From the sequence record PZ445511.1: a DNA stretch of 64,000 bases; one strand, 5' to 3'. This DNA comes from a phage. How positions within the stretch are numbered: position 1 is the stretch's first letter; each line of letters begins with the position of its first letter. The translations under genes were made by a program, and so were the position numbers. Below the pieces are notes generated by a model. The model saw nothing but the letters and a program-made list of their open reading frames with translations, was not told where the DNA came from and made no database searches. Positions 55,216-64,000 of this stretch are shown piece by piece.

Positions 55216-55626
55216 ATGTCAGATCGTTACTATACTCAGATGGCTAACCATTACAATATGGCTCCGTATGAATTGAACATCGCATTACGTGACCTCGATT
55301 CACCAGAGCGTGCAAAACTTGAGAAAAAGGCGGGAATTCGTATGTCTAGCAAGGGCAAGAAACTTACTCGTATTGACTTAAATACCATGCTAATGGAAGA
55401 GCTTGGCGTGAATATTGAAGGTCAGAAGTTGCCTCTCAATGTTCTTGAAACGATGCTGGATAAAGTCAAGAAGAAAACCTATAAGAAAGTACAAGTACCG
55501 GAAGGCAGGCTAAAAGCCCCTTATCAAGCTGCTGTATCCGAGTGCTTAGGTGCTACCTTAGATCTTAGCACTGCAACTGTCAAGGTAATGAAAGGCTTTT
55601 TGGAGGCCATTAATAAACATGAGTAA
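55216..55626 (+). CDS. Hypothetical protein
   Basis: 136-aa ORF with gaggag RBS. Confidence 0.6.
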   Translation: MSDRYYTQMANHYNMAPYELNIALRDLDSPERAKLEKKAGIRMSSKGKKLTRIDLNTMLMEELGVNIEGQKLPLNVLETMLDKVKKKTYKKVQVPEGRLKAPYQAAVSECLGATLDLSTATVKVMKGFLEAINKHE

Positions 55627-55909
55627 ATTAATATATCTATTAAAAGGTTCCACTTGCAACCCATGTAAACTTTTCGAGCCTGTATTCGATAAAGTAGTAC
55701 AGGGCTACAGTCTAGAAGTTCATAAAGAGACTGATAATACAGAACTTATGCAGAAGTTCGGTGTTAGACAAGTTCCTGTAGTAGTTCTAGCAGATCGTCT
55801 ACCGAATGGTCGTGTGGAAGCCAACCACATTCTGATTGGTCGTCAGCTTCGTAAGGAAACTATGCACGATGCAATCAAAAACTTCCTGGAAGATAATCCA
55901 GAAGATTAA
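55619..55909 (+). CDS. Thioredoxin/glutaredoxin-like protein
   Basis: 96 aa; CxxC active site STCNPCK near N-terminus. Confidence 0.55.
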   Translation: MSKLIYLLKGSTCNPCKLFEPVFDKVVQGYSLEVHKETDNTELMQKFGVRQVPVVVLADRLPNGRVEANHILIGRQLRKETMHDAIKNFLEDNPED

Positions 55910-55918
55910 TAAATCCAA

Positions 55919-55946
55919 CCCAGATCTTAGCTGATCTGGGTTTTTC
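55919..55946 (+). terminator. Rho-independent terminator
   Basis: cccagatc-ttagct-gatctggg followed by TTTTT. Confidence 0.65.
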
Positions 55947-55951
55947 TTTAT

Positions 55952-55980
55952 TTGCTAAACGCTTAAAATTTTGATATAAT
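55952..55980 (+). promoter_or_regulatory. Sigma70 promoter
   Basis: ttgcta-17bp-tataat. Confidence 0.6.
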
Positions 55981-56011
55981 ATACCTATAAACTTGAGAAA
56001 GGAACCAGATA

Positions 56012-56875
56012 ATGAAAAAAGAATTTAACCTGCATGAAATGTTAGTAGTACCAGACGATGTTAACCTGTTCTTCGTAGGAGATATTCACGGCTGTAATGA
56101 TATGCTGGAAGATGCTCTTAAACTAGCAGGATATAAAGAGAAGCGTGACTATGTTGTCTGTGTTGGCGACTTAATTGACCGTGGCCCGCAGAACTTACAG
56201 GTTCTAGCCAAATTCTTATATAACCCACGCTTCCGCAGCGTTCGTGGCAACCATGATCAGTTTATGATTGCTGGTGACTACGCCAACTGGATGTATAATG
56301 GTGGAATGTGGGCAATGAATGATCTGGATACCGATACAATTAAAGGTATCGCAGAAGATATGGCAGTTAAAATGCCAGTATTCATGACTGTACTCCATCG
56401 TGGCAAGAAATACGGTGTTGTTCATGGTGGAATACCATTCCAATATAAAGATGCGGGATTCGATGTACATACACCTAATTGGGACGATATTATTGATCAT
56501 ATCGCTGCAAGTGAAAATGATCCTAATGACCATCCTAGTTATTATATTGAACCATATTTGTGGGATCGTGATGTAATTCAGGAAATTGGTTTTCATCTAT
56601 CTAAGCAAGGTGCAGAACATCCTTATTTCCAGCGTTATACAGGCTTTAAAGATGAATTGACGGTGGAAGTACCAGAAGTTGAAAGTGTGGATTTCGTATT
56701 CCACGGCCACACTGGTGTTCCTTACCCGATTCTATATAAGAACCGTGTTTATCTTGATACTGGCGGTGTTTTCAACGGGCAGTTGACGGTTGCGCAAGTT
56801 AATGATGAAGCCGGTAAAATCATGACATTTACCACAGATAAAAATGATAGCTGTGGTGTACAGAGGATTCTATAA
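56012..56875 (+). CDS. Ser/Thr protein phosphatase (calcineurin-like, PPP family)
   Basis: 287 aa; GDIHG, GDLIDRG and RGNHD motifs. Confidence 0.8.
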   Translation: MKKEFNLHEMLVVPDDVNLFFVGDIHGCNDMLEDALKLAGYKEKRDYVVCVGDLIDRGPQNLQVLAKFLYNPRFRSVRGNHDQFMIAGDYANWMYNGGMWAMNDLDTDTIKGIAEDMAVKMPVFMTVLHRGKKYGVVHGGIPFQYKDAGFDVHTPNWDDIIDHIAASENDPNDHPSYYIEPYLWDRDVIQEIGFHLSKQGAEHPYFQRYTGFKDELTVEVPEVESVDFVFHGHTGVPYPILYKNRVYLDTGGVFNGQLTVAQVNDEAGKIMTFTTDKNDSCGVQRIL

Positions 56876-57243
56876 TGGAACGTGAAGAACGTTATGTAGT
56901 AATAAAGTTGTCTGATATTGAGAAAGCCCTAGAATTAGGGCATATCACTCAAAGCAACTTTACCACTTTGGAACATATCTTATCCAAACTGTGGTATAGT
57001 CGAGCACAACGTGGAAAAGAGGATCTCAAAACCGTTGTGGTAGAGCATGACTGGCCAGAGTATGAAGAAGTCTGGAAAATGCTAGAGAATCGTGTTGATT
57101 TTGAGCAAGCACGACAAGAAGAACTTGACAAAGGATATCAAGAAGCAAAAGAACATCATGAGATTCATGATGAAATATTCAAACTTCGTGGTATTAGTAG
57201 TTATTGTCAGGGTTGGAATAAATATGCGGAGGAAGTTCTGTAA
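56875..57243 (+). CDS. Hypothetical protein
   Basis: 122-aa ORF, ATGA-coupled. Confidence 0.5.
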   Translation: MEREERYVVIKLSDIEKALELGHITQSNFTTLEHILSKLWYSRAQRGKEDLKTVVVEHDWPEYEEVWKMLENRVDFEQARQEELDKGYQEAKEHHEIHDEIFKLRGISSYCQGWNKYAEEVL

Positions 57244-57761
57244 TGAAAGTTTATTTTTGGAGCGACCTACACTTAGGGCATGTTAATATCCCTAAGTTTC
57301 GAACTATGTTCTCTAGTATGGAAGAGCACGACGAATTTATCATGGATACTATTACGTCTATGAAGGATAAACGTACTGTATTTTTCATTTTAGGGGACGC
57401 ATTTGTATCTAGAAAGGGTCTGGAGAAGTTTGAAAAACTATTTAGCAATGTTAGGACTACTTTAGTTCTGGGGAACCACGATTTGGAACGAGAAGGCTTA
57501 TCTTTTACAGACTTAGTAGGTGTAGTAGATAATGTGCAGTCTTTAGTTAAATATAAGAACTTCTGGCTTTCTCATGCCCCCGTGCACCCAGGAGAGTTAA
57601 GGGGTAAAAAGAATTTACATGGGCATACTCACTTTGAATTAATGGGAGATCCACGTTACATTAACGTTTGTGTTGAGTATGCAAAGTCGCCTGTACGATT
57701 AGAAGATATTATGAGTGGTAAGTATACTTCTCATGATAAAACTAGCTGGATGTTGGAATGA
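57243..57761 (+). CDS. Calcineurin-like metallophosphoesterase
   Basis: 172 aa; DLHLGH, GDAF and GNHD motifs. Confidence 0.65.
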   Translation: MKVYFWSDLHLGHVNIPKFRTMFSSMEEHDEFIMDTITSMKDKRTVFFILGDAFVSRKGLEKFEKLFSNVRTTLVLGNHDLEREGLSFTDLVGVVDNVQSLVKYKNFWLSHAPVHPGELRGKKNLHGHTHFELMGDPRYINVCVEYAKSPVRLEDIMSGKYTSHDKTSWMLE

Positions 57762-58225
57762 TATGGATACAAATTACAGAATATCCTAACTATGCTGTAT
57801 CAGAAGATGGTGAAGTTAAGAATATATCACGAGGTAGACTTTTAACTCCCCATATAGATAGAGATGGATATGTTATTTATACACTATATAACAAGGGTAA
57901 ACCTAAAAAGTTAAAAGCCCATAGATTAGTCGCGCAATACCATCTAGATTTACCAGATAACTGGGAAAACCTACCTGTTAATCACAAGGATGGGGATAAG
58001 CAGAATAACCATAAATCTAATGTAGAATGGTCTACTATACTGGAAAATAATAGACATGCTAGAATTAATGGGTTAACTACAGATGCGCTTACAGTAGAAC
58101 AAGTATGGGAAATTAGAAGTCTGCTTATACAAGGCAGATCTAATACCGAAATTGCCAAAATCTATAAAGTAGATCAGTCTACTATCAGTAATATAAAGAC
58201 AGGAAGAACGTGGAATTATGTTTGA
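57758..58225 (+). CDS. HNH homing endonuclease with C-terminal HTH
   Basis: 155 aa; NUMOD4-like YPNYAVSEDGEV, HNH AHRLVA...NHKDGDKQNN, C-terminal sigma-r4-like HTH. Confidence 0.7.
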   Translation: MIWIQITEYPNYAVSEDGEVKNISRGRLLTPHIDRDGYVIYTLYNKGKPKKLKAHRLVAQYHLDLPDNWENLPVNHKDGDKQNNHKSNVEWSTILENNRHARINGLTTDALTVEQVWEIRSLLIQGRSNTEIAKIYKVDQSTISNIKTGRTWNYV

Positions 58226-58327
58226 TTTTGATGGCATGGCTCGTGAGATATTTATAGCAATAGGGATAGTAGTTCTTATCTCTTTCTTTACGGGCCTAGG
58301 CTTAGGCCTTTTATTTTAAAACTTCAT

Positions 58328-58356
58328 TTGCTAAAATGCTTAGTTTTCTGTATAAT
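58328..58356 (+). promoter_or_regulatory. Sigma70 promoter
   Basis: ttgcta-17bp-tataat. Confidence 0.55.
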
Positions 58357-58387
58357 TACTTTATAAATTGATGAGAAGGAATCAAAA

Positions 58388-58819
58388 ATGCAAAAGATTG
58401 ATAAAGCACTTTTAATCGCAACAGCAGATAAGTTTGAGCAAGTTAAAACTACTTTTAAGGCAGTCTTTCAGTCCTATGTTCAAGACAAATCGAACCCGAT
58501 TTCTGAGCGTTTGATGATGTGGGAATGTTTTACTTGCAATGCTCTGCTAATTTCCGATTATAGGGGAGAAGTATCTGAGGAATTGCAGGAGATCTTTATT
58601 AATGAAGATACTCCACGCTATCAGTTAGTGAACTTCCAGGATCTAGCCGAGCAAGTTATTCCAGATGATCTTTGGGACAAGTATTACGGTGATCCTGAAG
58701 AAGATGGTATGGAACCTGAGAAGTGCATCGAACTGATCTGTAAGGATTATCCTGAAATTGCTGAGAAATTTGAGTTAGTATTTGCTTCGGAGTTCTCAGG
58801 TTTCGTTAACGATTGGTAA
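58388..58819 (+). CDS. Hypothetical protein
   Basis: 143-aa ORF with gaagga RBS. Confidence 0.55.
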   Translation: MQKIDKALLIATADKFEQVKTTFKAVFQSYVQDKSNPISERLMMWECFTCNALLISDYRGEVSEELQEIFINEDTPRYQLVNFQDLAEQVIPDDLWDKYYGDPEEDGMEPEKCIELICKDYPEIAEKFELVFASEFSGFVNDW

Positions 58820-58832
58820 ATAAATAATTTAC

Positions 58833-58861
58833 TTGCTAAATGTCCAGAAATCTTATATAAT
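58833..58861 (+). promoter_or_regulatory. Sigma70 promoter
   Basis: ttgcta-17bp-tataat. Confidence 0.55.
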
Positions 58862-58893
58862 ATATTTATAAATTAATGAGAGAGGAAGTTCAA

Positions 58894-59154
58894 ATGGAAA
58901 ACATGACTAAAACTGAAATGGCAAACGTATTGGCTATCCTGCTGGACATGCAAGGGTTTGAAGGTCAGCTCATGAAGATGTCTATTCCGGCAATGAAAAA
59001 GATGTATGATTCTCTGAACAAGAATGCTATGGCATTCAACCTAGCAAAACAGGAAGCACGTTTTGCGAAAGAGCATCAGGCAACTGCCGAACGTCGTGCA
59101 GCATCTTTTGAGCGTGAAGTTAAGCAACTGAAAGGTAAGAAAAATGGAAGCTAA
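58894..59154 (+). CDS. Hypothetical protein
   Basis: Start moved to ATG after agaggaag RBS (track start lies in promoter). Confidence 0.5.
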   Translation: MENMTKTEMANVLAILLDMQGFEGQLMKMSIPAMKKMYDSLNKNAMAFNLAKQEARFAKEHQATAERRAASFEREVKQLKGKKNGS

Positions 59155-59286
59155 ACTAGCTATATTAGTAGTATTAGCTTTCCAAGCAATGGTATTAGGA
59201 TTTATTCATGGTAAAGTGTCCCATTTAGAGAATTCAGTGAAGGAATTAAAAGTAGAAATGTGCAAAAATATCCCAGATAATGAAAA

Positions 59287-59583
59287 ATGCAGGAGCACTT
59301 AATGATTACAGAAATTTTAATTGGATTGCTGGTTCTTACTACTTTAGCAGCAATTGGAGGAATCATTGGCATTCTTAATGCTAGTAAAAATATGGAAGCA
59401 ATGAAGGCTACCAACAATGCGCTTTGGGAAAAATATATAGCTGCGGAAAAAGATATCGAGGACACACAAAGACGTTCAGATCTTCTTAAAGAAAAGCTAA
59501 AGAATGTTGAAACTCTTGTTGGTAACACTAAACTTCCTATTAAAGTCCTGCGCGCTCAGGTAATCACGGAGATTAAGAAATGA
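59287..59583 (+). CDS. Hypothetical membrane-anchored coiled-coil protein
   Basis: 98 aa with N-terminal hydrophobic helix. Confidence 0.45.
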   Translation: MQEHLMITEILIGLLVLTTLAAIGGIIGILNASKNMEAMKATNNALWEKYIAAEKDIEDTQRRSDLLKEKLKNVETLVGNTKLPIKVLRAQVITEIKK

Positions 59584-59825
59584 TGTTAATTATCTTAGCT
59601 TTTTATCTGGTTATTGTTGGTGTTCTGGTTACTAAGTATCACACCTGGACTCCGAAGAACGTTGGTAAAGTAGCACTGTTTGTTCTGCCAGTTCCTATCA
59701 TCATCGTTGCAATGCTGTTCACGATGTTGGCCGGTAAAGTGACAAAAACTGACGTTAAACGCATTGTAGACGAACTACAGCAATCTTCTGACATGATCGA
59801 GGATATTCTGAAAGATGAAGCTTAA
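59580..59825 (+). CDS. Hypothetical membrane protein
   Basis: 81 aa, ATGA-coupled. Confidence 0.45.
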   Translation: MMLIILAFYLVIVGVLVTKYHTWTPKNVGKVALFVLPVPIIIVAMLFTMLAGKVTKTDVKRIVDELQQSSDMIEDILKDEA

Positions 59826-60147
59826 TTTTAGTGAATTAACCCTGCTGGACGAGTTTCTAGGTTTTGTTACTGAACGTGGGTTTATTAACGTAGACCACCA
59901 GACACTAGAAGTCCTTCAATCTATCCAGAATAAAACTAAAACAGATCTGGAAGACTTATGGCGACCGCTTTCTGAGTTAACTCCTCTTAATATGAAAGTG
60001 ATTGTTAAAAATATTGAAACTGGTGAAGAACGTGAGATGGTTCGTAAAGAACTGGCTAATAGTTATTCTCCAGAGTCCCTAGTGATGCATCATGACGATG
60101 AACCAGAAACACTTTGGACAGCCCATTATATTTGGCGTCTGCCTTGA
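59815..60147 (+). CDS. Hypothetical protein
   Basis: 110-aa ORF. Confidence 0.45.
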   Translation: MKLNFSELTLLDEFLGFVTERGFINVDHQTLEVLQSIQNKTKTDLEDLWRPLSELTPLNMKVIVKNIETGEEREMVRKELANSYSPESLVMHHDDEPETLWTAHYIWRLP

Positions 60148-60246
60148 TTGATTTAACAACTGTTACGGCAATCTTAATCTTCGGTTTAGTGGTTGCAGTT
60201 TTCATAATCGTTGAGCAGGCCAAAGTAATACGGAGACTTAAAAACA

Positions 60247-60447
60247 ATGCTAAGACTTCTTAGTTCCAAGCTCTCCCAATCCATTTGGGAGTATTTTATA
60301 ATTCTACCAGCTTTTATGTTAAGTTGTGCAATCATTAACATTATGTATCAAGAAGCTGGTTGGACAGTCCAAGATTTCCACATTTCACAAGTTCTTCCCT
60401 TCATGTATGAAGGCGTTATCGCAGCAATAAATGGAGTTCGTAAATGA
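60247..60447 (+). CDS. Hypothetical small membrane protein
   Basis: 66-aa ORF. Confidence 0.4.
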   Translation: MLRLLSSKLSQSIWEYFIILPAFMLSCAIINIMYQEAGWTVQDFHISQVLPFMYEGVIAAINGVRK

Positions 60448-60911
60448 CAGCACTGCAAAGATTACAAAATTACTGGTTTGATGGCCAATTTAATGATTTA
60501 TTCATCCAGTTGTTTGTCGAAACGAATGGACGCTTTAACTACCGCTTCTTTAATACCTTCCATGAAACGAAGTTCTCACATACAGAGATTAATGCGGCGA
60601 TTCAAGATCTCACCGGTTCTAAGGTAGTTCCTTATCGTGATGTAGATTTTGCACCTGACTGTTTTGGTTTTGAACTGTTCAAGAAAGCATATAAGTTCGG
60701 TAAGTTTGAAAATGCACGACATTGGGTTCATGACTTCTGGTATAATACCGATATCGTTCCTAGCCGTGTACTGATCCTCAACTGGATTGCTAAACAACAT
60801 CCGCCGAAAGCACAATCGGCATTCCTTCCAACTGATACAGGAAACCTTTACCATGACACAAAAGAAAAATCCAGTGCTAGAGCAGATGAAGCAGTTGGAG
60901 AAGCAGATTGA
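60444..60911 (+). CDS. Hypothetical protein
   Basis: 155-aa ORF, ATGA-coupled. Confidence 0.5.
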   Translation: MTALQRLQNYWFDGQFNDLFIQLFVETNGRFNYRFFNTFHETKFSHTEINAAIQDLTGSKVVPYRDVDFAPDCFGFELFKKAYKFGKFENARHWVHDFWYNTDIVPSRVLILNWIAKQHPPKAQSAFLPTDTGNLYHDTKEKSSARADEAVGEAD

Positions 60912-61236
60912 GGAAGGAAGCGTTGATGGGCAGTCAATTGTCAATCATGCTTTCGATCTTACAGTAGGATGTGCTAATCCGCTGGTGGCAGGTGAAACAA
61001 CAGATATTCTTGGGCTTTTAATGGCTGTTGGCCAGTTAATTGAGATTACCAAAGAAGAGTTAGACAAGGATGAAGAAGTAACTGTTCATGATGTTCTTGG
61101 TGCTCTAGATCTGATTGTTAATGCTTATGCCTATAAACGCCGCCACTCAATTGATGAATATCTAGTTTCTCGAGAGATTACCGAATCTCTTCTGGAAACT
61201 GCTGATATGGCCTTAAACGGCAAGCAACTTCACTAA
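60853..61236 (+). CDS. Hypothetical protein
   Basis: Overlaps upstream gene; start uncertain (track 60787, internal Met 60853). Confidence 0.35.
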   Translation: MTQKKNPVLEQMKQLEKQIEEGSVDGQSIVNHAFDLTVGCANPLVAGETTDILGLLMAVGQLIEITKEELDKDEEVTVHDVLGALDLIVNAYAYKRRHSIDEYLVSREITESLLETADMALNGKQLH

Positions 61237-61242
61237 TCCTAG

Positions 61243-61272
61243 AGGCCAGGACTTAATTGTTCTGGCCTTTCG
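61243..61272 (+). terminator. Rho-independent terminator
   Basis: ggccag...ctggcc hairpin followed by TTTCGTG. Confidence 0.5.
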
Positions 61273-61290
61273 TGTATACAGGAATATAAC

Positions 61291-61488
61291 ATGAAATCAC
61301 TAGATAATTACTTAAAGGCTAAATACAGTCCTATAGAAGATCAATCTGCTGTAACTTGTGAAATAAGTCGAAATAATACATTACGATTAGCTCAAAAAGG
61401 TGGAGGAGCATCCGCCAGCATTATTTGGCTATCCGAAGAACAAGCAAAAGACTTGTACCATAAGCTAGACAAGTTATTTAATAAGTAA
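61291..61488 (+). CDS. Hypothetical protein
   Basis: 65-aa ORF. Confidence 0.45.
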   Translation: MKSLDNYLKAKYSPIEDQSAVTCEISRNNTLRLAQKGGGASASIIWLSEEQAKDLYHKLDKLFNK

Positions 61489-61489
61489 T

Positions 61490-62008
61490 ATGAGAGATAA
61501 AATAAACGAATTACTTTATGAGGAAGCACTACAATTCCCCATAAATAGATTCACTAAATCAGATGGATCTATTAATAGAACTAAACTCAAACAACTTCAT
61601 CCAGACTTCCAGCAAGATGCACTTAATCTAATCTTTATTAGAAGATCTGTAGAAGCACATGGCAAGTTCTTTGGGTATGAAAGAGTTAAGTATAGAACTA
61701 TGCAACAGCAGGTTGAGATCTATTGTCCAGATCATGACGGTTACTTCCTGCAAACTGCACGATCTCACTTAGAAGGACATGGTTGCCGATTATGTGCTCA
61801 TAAAGTTGTGACACGCTTAACAGAATATGGAGTGTACACCGTACCAGCACCTTTCCACAAATTTGTAGTTGACGGTGAGCATATAATTTGGTATAATAAA
61901 GATCAAAAGTTAAAACAGGAGTTAAAGAAAGATGGAGTACGTAGTCTGGTCAAACCCATTAGCTCTACTCTCCCACAAACTGTTCAAGACGACGTGGGGA
62001 AGGCATGA
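61490..62008 (+). CDS. Hypothetical protein
   Basis: 172 aa; CxxH...CxxC cluster. Confidence 0.5.
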   Translation: MRDKINELLYEEALQFPINRFTKSDGSINRTKLKQLHPDFQQDALNLIFIRRSVEAHGKFFGYERVKYRTMQQQVEIYCPDHDGYFLQTARSHLEGHGCRLCAHKVVTRLTEYGVYTVPAPFHKFVVDGEHIIWYNKDQKLKQELKKDGVRSLVKPISSTLPQTVQDDVGKA

Positions 62009-62217
62009 AGTCTTTATAGATACAAATCCTTATCCAAATAGCCCTCCATTAGTTCCTACATTATTTAAGGTAAAAATTGATGGTAAAGAATATTTACTAG
62101 ATTCTTTTGGGCATGAGTTTGTAATAGAAGCTGTAGAAAATAATAGTATCTCTATGCGTGAAGTAATTAATAGAGCAGCCACCTTTGATAAGAGTTGGAT
62201 GTTAATCTGGGGTTAAT

Positions 62218-62451
62218 ATGGAAATTATAGTAAGTGTCTTAGTAGTTATGTTATTCATCGTAATACTCGTATCTTTCGCTATTATGCGTAGAGCTAGAGA
62301 ACTAGCAGCAGATCTAACAAAGTTACGTGGCGAAGTAGCTGGTTTTAAACTACAACGTGAAGCTCTCAAGTTATTCGTGGCTCAAGGTAGCCTAGAACAT
62401 AAAGCGGAAGACTTTATCGTATATCTTAAACATTACATGGGAATCAAATAA
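62218..62451 (+). CDS. Hypothetical membrane protein
   Basis: 77 aa with N-terminal TM helix. Confidence 0.45.
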   Translation: MEIIVSVLVVMLFIVILVSFAIMRRARELAADLTKLRGEVAGFKLQREALKLFVAQGSLEHKAEDFIVYLKHYMGIK

Positions 62452-62636
62452 TGGAAACATTACTTCTTGTATTACTAGGCGGCTCACTCTTAACCATCCT
62501 AGGCTTGATAATTGTGTGCAGTCGCCTCAATACTAAGAATCTAGAGTTAATCTGTGAGAATGAAATTCTCAATAATGAACTCTTTCAATATAACATCGCA
62601 GCTCATAAACTGTTAGACAAACTGGAGAATATATAA
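62451..62636 (+). CDS. Hypothetical membrane protein
   Basis: 61 aa, ATGA-coupled. Confidence 0.4.
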   Translation: METLLLVLLGGSLLTILGLIIVCSRLNTKNLELICENEILNNELFQYNIAAHKLLDKLENI

Positions 62637-63241
62637 TGTTTACACAACAACCTATTCAAGTAGTACCGGATCATGAACTGAACACATGGGATTATAGCTT
62701 TAAAGATTTAACTGCTACTGTACAATTCAAATCTATGAAGCTAACATTTGCACACAATGACCTTAGAGCATGTAAAGATCTTGAGGGTAAGCTCGAAGAT
62801 GCTCGCAAGATTTTTGGTAAGGCTCGCATCCCGGCGGATAATCTGATTAATGCACTGATCGATGCAGGATACAAACTCGTGAAGACTGAGGTGAACCGCC
62901 CGAGTACTACAACTATTCCTCGTAATGACCCTTGGCATATTACTGCACTGACTAATTCTGATAAAAGATTAATGTCGGATATGCACAATGTTCCTTGTGG
63001 TGGCGTGGTAAGCAATACGCAATCATATAAGTTTGGGGAGGATTGCAGTCCTTCTGTACAATTGAAACATACTCAAGAAGCTCTTGAATCTGATATGCGA
63101 AGCGTAGCACCAGCGGATACTGGAGTTTCTAGGAACTCATACACCATTCATCTGAGTACACCATCTAGTAGAAATGAGAGCTTTGCTGATGCAGTTATGG
63201 AAGCTCTTGTTGATCTGACTAATAGTAAGGGTTTTAATTAA
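62636..63241 (+). CDS. Hypothetical protein
   Basis: 201-aa ORF. Confidence 0.55.
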   Translation: MFTQQPIQVVPDHELNTWDYSFKDLTATVQFKSMKLTFAHNDLRACKDLEGKLEDARKIFGKARIPADNLINALIDAGYKLVKTEVNRPSTTTIPRNDPWHITALTNSDKRLMSDMHNVPCGGVVSNTQSYKFGEDCSPSVQLKHTQEALESDMRSVAPADTGVSRNSYTIHLSTPSSRNESFADAVMEALVDLTNSKGFN

Positions 63242-63591
63242 TGGAACTAGTTACTGAATTTACTATAGGCCACTGCAAGGTGGCTTTTCTTAATGAAAAG
63301 TCTTTTAATAACGAAGAAACTATTGGGATCTTTGAAATTAAGGAGGATGAATATGAACGTGTGGAAAGGCTAGCGTATTTATTCTTTGCTGATGGTCATT
63401 TAATGAATGATCTCAAAGAGCTAGTATTTAGGCTGCCAAAAGATATACCTTTCACAGCTAGAAACATGTCTCATATTGTTGCTCAACTAAATCTAATATG
63501 GATTAAATTAGATCCCGCTATAGATAGAGTCATAACATTAAAAGAAAGACCAGTTAAAAAATTTACAGGTGATCAAGCCTGTGATATCTAG
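63241..63591 (+). CDS. Hypothetical protein
   Basis: 116-aa ORF, ATGA-coupled. Confidence 0.5.
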   Translation: MELVTEFTIGHCKVAFLNEKSFNNEETIGIFEIKEDEYERVERLAYLFFADGHLMNDLKELVFRLPKDIPFTARNMSHIVAQLNLIWIKLDPAIDRVITLKERPVKKFTGDQACDI

Positions 63592-63667
63592 TAATAAAGC
63601 ATGAGCCTCTACGGAGGCTCTAAAATAAAAAGAAGGTCACAATGACCTTAAAAACGAGATATAACTA

Positions 63668-64000
63668 ATGTATAACTTTAAAGATAAACTAAGACAAAAT
63701 GCTGGTAAAGGAAAAGCTAAAGAGAACAATAATATTCCTAGTGCTAAAATATTATCTTTTCCTGAACTAACACAGGAAGAAAAAGATAAACTAGCATTTA
63801 TGTTCGATGCACTTATAGGATTAAGTGGACGCCTATATTCCACTCTTAGTATTAATGAGAAACGTCTAGTAGAGATGTTCTGCAAACGTTATCAAGTTAC
63901 TTCAAAAGGTAACTCTTATAAAGAAGGTGAAAAAGCATTCACAGTCTTAAAAATCAGTGCGTATGCACATCGTTTCTTAGTTTATGGATTACAGATGGAA
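63668..64000 (+). CDS. Hypothetical protein, 3' end beyond window
   Basis: Open frame from ATG 63668 to window end; antisense 82-aa ORF judged less likely. Confidence 0.4.
   Translation, partial: MYNFKDKLRQNAGKGKAKENNNIPSAKILSFPELTQEEKDKLAFMFDALIGLSGRLYSTLSINEKRLVEMFCKRYQVTSKGNSYKEGEKAFTVLKISAYAHRFLVYGLQME

Noticed and set aside
1-64000. CRISPR arrays, rRNA genes, integrase or transposase
   Set aside because: No regularly spaced direct repeats, no rRNA-like stretches and no recombinase motifs were seen; consistent with a strictly lytic phage early region.

Overview
This window reads as the early region of a T5-like lytic coliphage (Tequintavirus-type): recognition is from protein motifs, gene order and the characteristic promoter architecture, not from a database search. 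Coordinates of RNA and regulatory features were hand-counted from ORF anchors and may be off by 1-2 nt. Three blocks are visible. (1) 95-18938, minus strand: a replication and nucleotide-metabolism operon set with family-A DNA polymerase, DnaG-like primase, DnaB-like helicase, an NAD-dependent DNA ligase split into two genes, a 970-aa SF2 helicase-domain protein, a Sir2-like protein, an HAD-like gene broken by a frameshift, and anaerobic ribonucleotide reductase NrdD. (2) 19189-32927, plus strand: PhoH, NrdA/NrdB, DHFR, thymidylate synthase, RNase H, HNH homing endonucleases, a DEDDh exonuclease, a SleB-like hydrolase and many small early genes, most behind near-identical strong sigma70 promoters (ttgcta/ttgctt, 17 bp, tataat). 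(3) 32928-46835: a dense tRNA array of about 30 tRNA genes covering all 20 amino acids, with three CAU-anticodon tRNAs and several degenerate tRNA-like elements, interleaved with HNH endonuclease genes, small ORFs, a NadR-PnuC NAD+ salvage pair and an SPFH protein. This is followed by a GrcA-like glycyl-radical protein, a spanin-like pair, dNMP kinase, a ClpP-like protease, holin plus endolysin, phosphatases and small hypothetical genes. No rRNA, CRISPR array, integrase or transposase was seen. The most notable items are an NAD+-centred gene set (NadR/PnuC, Sir2-like, split NAD-dependent ligase), an in-frame TGA inside an HNH endonuclease gene, a roughly 590-nt GC-enriched region with a tRNA-like start and a perfect 18-bp hairpin, and several structured non-coding stretches.
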